Source: Catajapyx aquilonaris (taxonomy: Eukaryota). From it: a DNA stretch of 34,836 nt. The stretch lies in contig JYFJ02004086.1 of NCBI GenBank assembly GCA_000934665.2, forward strand, positions 1 through 34,836. The letters are read 5' to 3'. The notes beneath the pieces are model-generated. The model did not search any database, was not told where the DNA came from, and was given only the letters and a program-made list of their open reading frames with translations. Below are positions 21,582 to 31,792 of this stretch, in pieces; positions within the stretch are counted from its first letter, which is position 1; each line of letters starts with the position of its first letter. The position numbers and the translations under genes were made by a program.

Positions 21582-22088
21582 AGATAGATGTTATGAAAGA
21601 GGACAAGTGCTTGGATATGGTTCACCCAAGAGCTAGAGGCAGTTCTTACCCACCACCTTATCTTAATAACATTTTCCCACACTGCCCCAAACTAGATATC
21701 TTATGACAATAAAGACCAATGGTTCAGGTTGAGTTGGTATGTCACGAATGCAAGGTATTTTGTATTTGCACCTTGGGAATTATCCTATTTTGCATTTCCA
21801 CATGGTTTGAGAAGGTTTTATTACCCCAAGGTATTTTGGATCAATGTGGGTGGGATTCAGATGAGTTATTGGAGTTGGATTTCTGTTGTTCTTCACTGAT
21901 TTAGTAAATAATAATTTGTGTATGTATGATGTGCCATACCACAGCTGCTGTGATATTGTGGGCCTGTACTATTGTTCACATCACTTTAGCTGAATTTACA
22001 ATCAGTTGCAACTCTCTTTTTCTGGTTTCTGCTTCACTCTTAATCAACAAATGAATTTTTATTTATTTATTCATTTGTAAATTTACAG

Positions 22089-22202
22089 AACACCGTGTAG
22101 AAAAGAAACCCAAGATGATAGAACTTAGCAACTTGACCACTCAGATTGACTTACTTACCAGCAGTCTGAGCGATCCTGACTTTAGCAGTGATGCAGCCAC
22201 AG
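22089..22202 (+). CDS. EHBP1: EHBP1 probable coding exon 5
   Basis: Acceptor atttacag, donor G|GTAAG, 114 nt, phase 1 to 1, open in the required frame (HRVEKKPKMIELSNLTTQIDLLTSSLSDPDFSSDAAT). Confidence 0.75.
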
Positions 22203-22284
22203 GTAAGATTAATATCACATCCTTGGACTGATTAGGTATTGCAGTGAGAGATTCTAAACATGATTTTTTTTTTAAACACACCAG

Positions 22285-22447
22285 GGCCTGTTACATCTAC
22301 TCCACACAAGCCATCACCTGACAGTGGTCAAGGCAGCCAGAGTAAGCTTTCCACACCTGAAAGAGAGAGTGAAGATTTGGATGTGGATGAGAGGGAAACT
22401 TCAAAAGGGGAGACAAAAGATGACATTGAAGGAAATGAGGATGAAAG
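22285..22447 (+). CDS. EHBP1: EHBP1 probable coding exon 6 (low-complexity acidic linker); gene continues beyond the right edge
   Basis: Acceptor caccag, donor AG|GTAGG, in frame with exon 5 (PVTSTPHKPSPDSG...DDIEGNEDE). NPF, CH and bMERB exons were not found in the window. Confidence 0.7.
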
Positions 22448-22839
22448 GTAGGGTGCAACAGATATGTCACATTATTTGCACAGACCACACCAAATACCTC
22501 CATCCTACAGGCCTCATGAATCACTAAGGATGCACTACCCAGGCCAAAGGGATAGATGCTTCTGCCAATATGTGCCGGAAGGCAGGTGTAGGGAGGTGTT
22601 AAAAGTGTTCAGGCGGAAGGGTGGGAAGGGCCATAGAATGGGGTGTCTTCTGTGTGGTCTGTGGTTTTATGCATGTGTTGAAAAATGTGACTTTATATCT
22701 TAAATGAAATATCCAGATCGGGTCTCACAAGGGGCTGGAAATGTCATAAAAATTATATCATACGTCAGCTTCTATCCCGAGATACAGACGTATGATATAA
22801 AGGAAAAATTGCTATTGGTATTGGTTGCTTGCCTCGAGT

Positions 22840-23100
22840 TAGAGGCCAGAGATTGAAGATATGACACCAAACTTTGCGTAATTGTAGCTGCTGACGAGGG
22901 GATCATAATAATTGGTTACCCAGTGATTGGCCTGTGATCTGTGGCAAATATTTTTTAAATACCTGACTTGGTTCTGTTGTTGCACCATTGATGGATTTGG
23001 CTGTGGAAGCGCGTTCCACATGTGAATGACCTGAGGATTGAATTTGGAACCTCAGAGTGGAAGGCTGTGGTTCTAACCACTTCACGACAATGTAGCCCCC
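22840..23100 (-). mobile_element. Degraded tRNA-derived SINE
   Basis: Minus-strand head AGTGGTTAGAACCACAGCCTTCCACTCTGAGGTTCCAAATTCAATCCTCAGGTC resembles the family B head, but the body differs; 3' boundary uncertain. Confidence 0.5.
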
Positions 23101-24956
23101 AGATATGGGGAGAGATTCACTTACCTGGAGGTATTTTCGACCCTGTACTCTCAAAAGGCAGGTTTCAAGCAGTTAATGACAGTCTCAGTAAAGAGTAAAC
23201 AGTATCCCATTCCTCTAGTCACTCGGGAAGTAATATGAGTGACGTGAATTGCGCCTCTCCACATAATCACCGGAATGGGATTCTCCTGATGAAATTTATA
23301 TGCACATGAAGCATTTGTGATCCTTGCAGTGGTCGCTATTTGTGAAACTCAGTGAAAAAAAAACAAAAAGTGGGAGATGGATGGCCTGTAGGAACACTTG
23401 GAGACGAGGAGGAGATAGGGCTCTTTGTTCGTATCCTATAGGCCTGTACTAGTAGCGCTCTTTCCCAGTGCTTTCTTCCCCCCATCTCGTCTATCCTCTG
23501 TCTTAGAGAGGAATCACGTGGACACGCCCAGAGAACTCATCTAGCCTCTTCCATGATCGGTTTATGGACTCTTCCAGGCACGAATCTTACCGGGTCAAGC
23601 TCAGGGCATCCTTTTTTTTTCTGGCCGTTATCTCCAAGGGGAAATGGGGAGGACATGCTCTCACTGCGACAGCTTCTATACTCCTCCCACTCCTGGAAAC
23701 AAAACAAAAAAAAGTACACAGAAAAAGGGAAAAAATGTTGATAGCTGCTTTATAGATTGCTCCTGGAAGTCTTGTCACTCGAAGGGAGCTGTCTCCGTGC
23801 ACGCAATCGGGAACGCGTTCAATTTCGGTGTACAGTATAGAGCCTTCGTAATTATTGTCATTGTCACTAGACGGGATCTTATGACAGCTCCTGACAATCC
23901 GGAATGAAATGTCATCCGTGCTTCTCCACTTTCCATAGTGGAAAATGTACAGTATGTATATCATCGAATCGAGCGTGTCTGGCAGGTGAACGAGCATGCA
24001 TTGAATACAGGTATACGTGTTATTCGACTGTCAGCACTTTGCTTTCGTTCCCTATACTCAACTGTCGGCTCTAGTGGATCTTGTGCCACACCCCAGATAT
24101 AAAACTCCTAATACCGGCTACACCGCTCTTCTTCCTCATTTTCGGTGCAATCGGCGATAGGAGCACCCATGGGTCTCATCAACATCCTGTCCAATAAGAG
24201 AAGTGGTCATTCACGGACTTTTCTTCACAAATTCCTAATGTCACTGCAGCAAACACAGGGTGTCTCTGAATGTACCGAATTGTACGGCAGGAAAAGTGTG
24301 ATCATGAACTCCCGTATCCCCGGTGGGCTACGCGGCCCACAGTTACAGAGAGGGATTTGGGTATATATATTTTTTTTGTAGTGTCATTGCCCTTGGTGCG
24401 AGTGTGAAGAACGGTGCAGATGAGTTGATTTGTAGCGTTGAGAGCGCGGAATAAAAGATTCTTAACTGGCAGACAGGGCCCTGGGTTTGGTGCGCGGCGC
24501 TTTGAAAAATTCATCAGTCCCGGTCTGAGCAAGCGGCGCGGCAAAGGAGCCAAAGGCACTGGGGTGGGTTGGGGAGGAGGGGTAAGGCGGGGGAGGACAA
24601 GAGGATTGTTTGTCTGGTGAGCTGCACAACGTTCCTTTTTCATCAGGCCAATTGGGAGGCAGCATCTTCTGCTTCCTCCCCAACACCTTTTGATGCATGG
24701 AGCCCATTTGGCTCTGTCTCCACGGGAAGGGGGAGGAATTAGATTAGCGCCCAAGTGGAACAGGACACCTGAAATAAACGGAGATGCCCCTGCATAAATT
24801 AGGCGGGTACGTCATAAGCGTAATGTAACGGAATACGGCAATACTTGCGCGAGGGGAAATTATGTTGCCGCCCGGTATAGTTATAATTTTAGTTAATGAT
24901 GACAGGGGGTCGGTCGGAAGTCACGGGAAATACAGATCGTGTGTCTGGGGCGTCGA

Positions 24957-24957
<1 letters not shown>

Positions 24958-25013
<56 letters not shown>

Positions 25014-25020
25014 TAATAAT
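24958..25020. repeat. (ATA)n microsatellite
   Basis: About 20 near-perfect ATA units; explains the poly-Ile ORF in the track. Confidence 0.95.
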
Positions 25021-25335
25021 GCGCATGTAATTATACGGCGTATTCCAATGCAATGGAGTTGTTCGTTTAGTGTAACAATTTCTTTGGCGTTAGTCTTCCA
25101 AATTTTAAGGAGTTAATTTTATGGACTGAATATATCTGCAGATATTAGATTGAGTAAATGTTCATCCAGGTCTCGGGCATGCAATGAATGTTCCAGTCTA
25201 ACTCGCTGCAAGTGATCAGTTTGACCCACTGGCATGTGAAGTCGATGTTGAACCGTTTAAAAAAAAGGTTTCTTGTAAGTCACCTATTAGCAGTTAATTT
25301 GTTGCTGACTTTTAAAAGCACCCTACCTGCATTAA

Positions 25336-26318
25336 CCCTTTGACGCCTACGGACATCATATGATGTCCTGCTGGTTTTTGAACTGGGAGCGCTAGAGTTT
25401 ACACAAAAATGGCGCAGTTTGAGGCTCAAACTGATCCTACCACCCCGTGGAAGGGGGCTTAACTACCATGGCGTATGCTAATCGGTTTTTCCGCCTCCCA
25501 GCGTGAGCTAAACATATCCCCTCCCGCCTGAAAGTATTTGTCAACATGCGGCGTCTGGACTTGTAGTTATTTATTTATTTTTTAAAGCTTTACCCCATTG
25601 AGGGAACAGCGCCCTTTTAGGGGGGTGGATTACCACCATTTTTCTTACGCAATTTTTTCGCATTCATTTTCTCTCCGGTGCAGGGGGTCAGGATAGGGAT
25701 TTGTGAAGGGGGGATACGGGTGCAAGTGCGATGTCTCAAATTGGGGGTCGTGTGCAGTCCCCCAGGGGGCCAAGCTACAAGACACCTCCCTATAGGTGCG
25801 GGTCAGAAACTCGGCACCGCACCTCCTCATTGACGGGACAAGGATAGGCAAGGAAGGAATCGGCTGTGGCCTATTATTTAGGAAGCAACCCCGGAATTCT
25901 CCTGGGTGGACCGTGGGAAACCACAGAAAACCACGGTTAGGATTGCCGGGCCCGGGGCTCGAACCCAGGACCTCCCGATTAGCAGTCGGACGCCTTACCC
26001 ACTCCACCAAACTGCTTCGGTGACTCGTAGTAATTTCTCAAAGTACAGTGTTTTAGTAGTGTTATGGTAACCTTAGTAACAATTTTCTAGTGACTTTAAA
26101 AATTTAAATAAATTTAATAACGTGTAAAGTTAATTGCACTTTAATTCTTTTCTGGAACACCCTGTAGATGAATTTTTTCGGCATTTTACATTCAAAAGGA
26201 CCCCCACGAGTTGAAATGATATATATTGGAGCATATTGTTTTTCATTAATATTACTCCTACGATTTTTTTTTTCAAAAAGAGACTAAAACGGCCCAAAAA
26301 AACCCAGGCGTCAAAGGG
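25336..26318. mobile_element. piggyBac-family non-autonomous element
   Basis: TTAA|CCCTTTGACGCCT...AGGCGTCAAAGGG|TTAA; subterminal palindrome GGACATCATATGATGTCC. Confidence 0.9.
25568..26021 (-). mobile_element. tRNA(Ser-like)-derived SINE, family C, nested in the piggyBac element
   Basis: Minus-strand head TGGTGGAGTGGGTAAGGCGTCCGACTGCTAATCGG...GGTTCGAGCCC, (TAAA)n tail, TSD GACT(T/C)GTAGT at 25558-25567 and 26022-26031. Confidence 0.88.
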
Positions 26319-29300
26319 TTAAGAGTATAGATTAATGTGAAAAGCCGCTGATGTGAAACAGACACTTCAATAATTATTGGAACTTAGGGCTATGTACTGA
26401 TGATTACAAATTCTTTTACACATAATATGGAAATGGTTTGCAGTTTCCTAAAGGATGGTATTAATTGTAGGACCTGGCTATGTCATATGTTGGGGCACGC
26501 GGATATATGATCTGACTGGACGGATGTGAAACGGATAATGTTCCGACCAAATGAAAGTGGTAGGTTCCTGTGTGTAGAACCCACATCCTCAGCTCAATCA
26601 GACCGCTCTATTTCCTTTATACGCATGTGTGGGCGTATTTTTGGACCCACACCCTGTTGTCGGTGTGCACTGCAAAACATTAGGTGGAATTATTTTAAGG
26701 AAGTATAATATTATCCTCCATCAATAGCTACTAATGAAGCCTCTCGTAACCATGGCCAGTCAAACGGGGTTTTGTGCAGTTGTTAGGATTGGGGGGAAAA
26801 AAGAGCAACACGAATCTGTGATGATAATGCCACATGAAAATCCGTGATCTGCATTATTCTCTTTGATAACCTTTCATTCAAATATAACAATAATGCGTTC
26901 TGTGTGTGCAGCTGCATGCTATGTTACGCCTGTTGGTATTGTTTGCAATCGCAATGTGACCTCGTAAGAAAAGTACCTAACTGATCTGGTATTACAGCAG
27001 TGAACGGAAAACGAATCTAGATTCGACGGGTTAAAATATTTTCCTGGCTAACGATACTACTTCATATTATTTAAATAATTAATTTGAGAAGTGGACATGG
27101 CGTGGACCATTTGCCTACAAATTGTTTACATATGGTATGGCTGTTTGTTGACAGGCATGTAGGCTATCCTTCAACGTGGGACAGCTCGGTTTTCTTATTT
27201 ATGACAACAAGAGCTGATGACAAACAGTAGGGAGTAGGCCTTCCAAAAAGCACTTCTGAGGCGAATGAAATCTAGGTTCAATCTGAGGTCCCCCCACCCC
27301 CCACCCCAAGGATATAACCATGATGGGCCACAGGGTTAAAAGGTGGCAACCCCGACTCGCTTGCTATTTGCACCACCGAAATGATTGCTTCCCTTATAAG
27401 GATGCTGGCTTACCTAATCTCTCTCGCGAACACTTTTAGGAGGTAATGTCCACGAAGCTCTCTGGGGGCAAAAAAGCAAGGGAAAAAAAGGTCTTTCAGT
27501 GTCCTCCCCCAGTCAGGAAAGTTAGTTGGAGAGGCGCAAAGAGCAATTCCCGCCACTCGTCACGTCGGAGGGCCTTCATCAAGGTGCGAAAGAGGAGTTC
27601 ATTTTTAAGAAGAAGGTGGAGAGGGGGGGGGGGAGTCTATGGGGGTAGGGGTGAAGGGGGAGGGGTGCAGGCTCTTATCGTGTAACAAGTCCGGGGAGGA
27701 AGGGTAGGGAGCGGAAGAAACCAGATATAAGTGCGGAATTTGTGCGCTGGTAATTGGTTTCATTTTGTCAGATTTCCATTTGCGCAAATTGTGGCGCTTT
27801 ATCTTTTTTGGCCGGAGATGTGCTTTGGCTTTTTAAAAAAATGTGGTCGATGAACTTGCTGGAGGTGGGGGAAGTGCGGGGGCAATCGTGGTTCATTCAT
27901 TCAAACTGTATTGCGCCGGTACGGTGATGTGGCGTTGATATCATTACTCGGCGCTTGCAATCACGGGCGAATTTATCATAATATGCTCCTTGGGATGGAG
28001 GATTGGTTAGGGGGTCATCGAAATTCCACCGTGTAGTTTTTGGTGGTTGGATAGATGAAATCCCAATTATTTCTACGAATACGAAAAAACGACTGTATTT
28101 TGGGCTCATGGTTTAATGCAGGGTGTTTCAGTAAGAAAATGCTGCAAATACTGAGTTGCAGGCATTAATTGGCATTAAATTTAATATGACGAAACAGGTT
28201 ACCTCATTGGAATATCCAGCCTATTGGGTCAAAGGGGTAATGGCGTAAATTCGGAATGGCATAACTCGGGGATGAATGTGGAAGAAAATATTCGTTTTTG
28301 ACAGGCTTGTAAAATTTATAAGCTTTGTATACGAGTGCCAACCGCGAAGCGGGCCTTTGCAGGAATTTATGACACGGACTGCTTAAAAATAGCAGCTTCG
28401 TTCCGACATTAATAAATTATCACTTGTCCTTCTGTTACGATATATAAACATATACATTTTACTGGAGAGGGGGCCCGACAACGACATACTTTTATATATC
28501 CCACCAAAAACCTTTCTGTAAAAAAAGGCCAAGTTCTCCTGACTGCTTGGCCGTCAAAAGTGGTGAAATCTGAAATACGGCCAAGTTCAACGTCGTAGTC
28601 AATTACTGGCATCCTCAACTTCTTCAACCTAAACCACTAACTTTGTTTTTCCAGGTCGACCTTAAGTTTAATCATAAAAAAAATTTAATGGAATTTCTCT
28701 TGCTGTAACACACACACAGTGAGTGACTTACGGCTGTGGTCTTACAAACGGACTCAGATCTCTTCTGACAGCATGAGTGGCCACTTCATAAGGTTTTGGC
28801 TGGCATGATCAGTTTCCTTGATTTTTGTATGAATTTTATACGTAATATAGAAGAGGGCCTGATAGTGAACCGTAAAATTGCTCGAGTGATGGTTCCTCCG
28901 TGATCTTATAACTGTATGGTCCGTGGTCCTCTGGTGGTCCGGGAAATGATCCGTAAATTCTGTTTTCGATATGCAATTTCAGTTTTTCAGAAGTATTAAA
29001 GTGAACCACTGGGTTTTCGACCCGAATGTCAAAAAAAATATTTTGAAAACCATTGGCCTATACTCCTATAGTTATACTTTTACTGTACAGTATACACAGG
29101 CGGTGTTAGGGAGTTCTTGATTACTGCAGGGATTTTTAAATAGTAGACTATTAGTTAGGTCGGAGACCAGCCAAGGATCGATAGCGTGGGTGTACGTTTA
29201 TGCACAACACAGCTGGCGGATGCAACAATTTTTAAGTTTTAAAAAAAAGTATAGCGGTCTATATATCGCAGGCGAGAGCAGTCAGATGAAGCTTTCCAGA

Positions 29301-31712
29301 GGCAAATGCACAGTAGTGTGAGATTGTGCCTTCTGCTCAGGATGGCATTTTTATGTGCTTTATGTTTTCTGCGCCGCATATGCTATATTGGGAACCCCTG
29401 GTATACACAGTAAATCGCCATGGTGTGACACTCGTTGCGTATACTGTCCTGTTCCGGCATAGAATTGCAATTTTGACTAAGCAAATGCTGTAGGGTGACA
29501 GTTCATTATTTTTAACTAATTTGCTATGAAAATGTTCTTGCTATTATGCAGAATGAGGAAATTACTCGCGTACTACATATGATTAATGTGTCCTGTATAC
29601 AGTACGAGGAGCCCTGCTATATTGCCGTAATAGGTGTAATGCCAGAGAGAAAGGAGCGGTTTTAGTGCAAGTGCTTTGGGGTTTTGAAACGCACATGTGG
29701 ATCTGCGGAGAAGTAAGCCACTTGGGTGTCATTCCACGTAGAACTAGTAGATATATTTAACATTAATGAGACCTCTTGTGCCATTGTTTGTGTATATATG
29801 ATTATAGACGTGTTTTGCATGTGATTTGTTTTTTGTTTTATTTTGTTTTTTACAATCGTGACGTCGTTTCTGATACACCGAGAATGATTTGACTTTCTCC
29901 ATTTCTCGTACGCCTATATCCCCACGACATTTGTAACGAGGTTACCCCAAATAGACGATAGTAAAAAAGGTGCACCCCGAATAATGTCCCAAAACGATGG
30001 TTTGGAAAGTATATGTATATTGTCCTTGAAAACACACACACAGTGTAATGGTCAGGTAAGTGGCAAATGACAACTTCAGGAGGGAGCGGAAGCACCACTG
30101 CTGCCCAAGGTGGTAGGTCGCTATCTGCCTTACAAACTCTCACCGCAGTGGCCTTCGTATTTTTATCAGTACCACAAAAGAAACGGGGGTGTCAAACAAG
30201 TCCAAAGGGGTTTCCATTACAACATTGTCAGTCGCATAGGGAAAATCATTCGTCTTCAAAACCGTGTATGGTGTACAGTACATGTATACACAGAGTATGT
30301 GGTGAGACTGGAATTTTCATTTCCTTGTTTAATTTTTTATTTGAATCCATAAAGGGAAAGGAAACACTGCGCTATACATGCGCGTAGGAGCATAATCATA
30401 ACATATTAAAAGGCTAGAGTCAGTCCAATTATTATTGAAGTCGGAGCTAATGAGATTCTCAGAATTCTTACACTACTGCGAAGAAATTCTAGAAATGCAA
30501 TTTCAAACGCAAGAAAACGTAGTTCTGCAAATCTGAGATATTACATTAGTTCCGCTGTTCATCTTACACCTATTAGATACACACTATGCACCGAGCCTGT
30601 ATCATTGAAGCGGACATTATCGTATTACCGCTAATGTCTCACCTCATCCCCGGAATATTTTTGGTTGATAGTAAATTATAGGGTACCTGAAAAAATGTGG
30701 TAATTATGCGGGCAAGGTCCAGGAGACTCCGGAATTGTTGGGTAGTGGCGGTATACGGAATTGGTTGCCGTTTTAATAGCAGTAGAAATAGTTTGAGTTG
30801 ATGCCGCGTAGTAGAGAAGAAACGAAAAGAGCAGTGTGCCCCCCATAGATTGGTTGAGGTGGAAAGGGGGGTAAGGTGGTCGCCATGGTAACAAGTGAGA
30901 TCTGGGGTCGCAGGGGGGAGGCGGGGAGGGTGGGTGGGAGGAGGAGACGGGTGGGCAGGAGGCGTACAAGAGTAGTGTCGGTCGGGGTCCTTGGCGGGAA
31001 ACTTGGGTGTGATGTGTGACGCGAATGTGTGTGCGGGTGTGCTCACAAGCTTGCTGTTTCACTCCGTTTGCGAAGGTAAATTAGTGATAAGTCAATTGGT
31101 ACAACTACAAATTGTGTTGATTTTTGGTACATTTGGGGGAGAATTCACCTTTGTAAAATGTAATAGCATGATGTGGAATTTTAGGTTCTTTGATTTCTGA
31201 AGGGTTTCTAGTATTAGTGAGGGCAATGTTGTTCAGGCTCTGCCTCGCTGCCCATGCGACTTTTACGGCGTTTTCCAAGCAAATTTGTGTGCACAGTATT
31301 AATTTGTGACGGGCGTTATGTGAAGGGCTATTCATATCATCATTTGGTAACCAACAACTCTTGGTAAGAGCCTGTTGACGTGGCCGTTACGACGTGATAA
31401 GCCTGACAAACGCGACACCTCCTCGTTTTTGCTAATTAAAAATAGCCACATGAAATTTTTTAGCACGTCAACGTCGAGAAAAAACGGGTCTCTTCAACTT
31501 CAAAATGCTCCATAGGGCACGTCATGATCACATATTGTTAGCAGGTAATTCATTAAGGTGAATACAATTAGTGCGAGTTACTTTTTACATAGATTTGGAG
31601 TAACAGGGTCCGACACCAATTCGTAGTGAGGCAATGCATTTGAATTAAAATATATACAATCGTGTTTGAATTGTTCAATCCTTGATTTCTCACGTACACA
31701 GCATGTAAACAT

Positions 31713-31792
31713 TAATGAGACACCAGTGTCCATGGACACTGGTGTCTCATTAGGATTTATCATGGACCACATGCCGCAGCATGTGGTCCATG
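31713..31792. repeat. Perfect 40-bp palindrome followed by a 14-bp-stem hairpin
   Basis: TAATGAGACACCAGTGTCCATGGACACTGGTGTCTCATTA (31713-31752), then CATGGACCACATGC-CGCA-GCATGTGGTCCATG (31761-31792). Confidence 0.9.

Noticed and set aside
24862..25116. Poly-isoleucine ORF
   Set aside because: Translation of an (ATA)n microsatellite.
30639..31062. Proline-rich minus-strand ORFs (also 24302-24754)
   Set aside because: Arise from plus-strand G-tracts; no homology or splice support.
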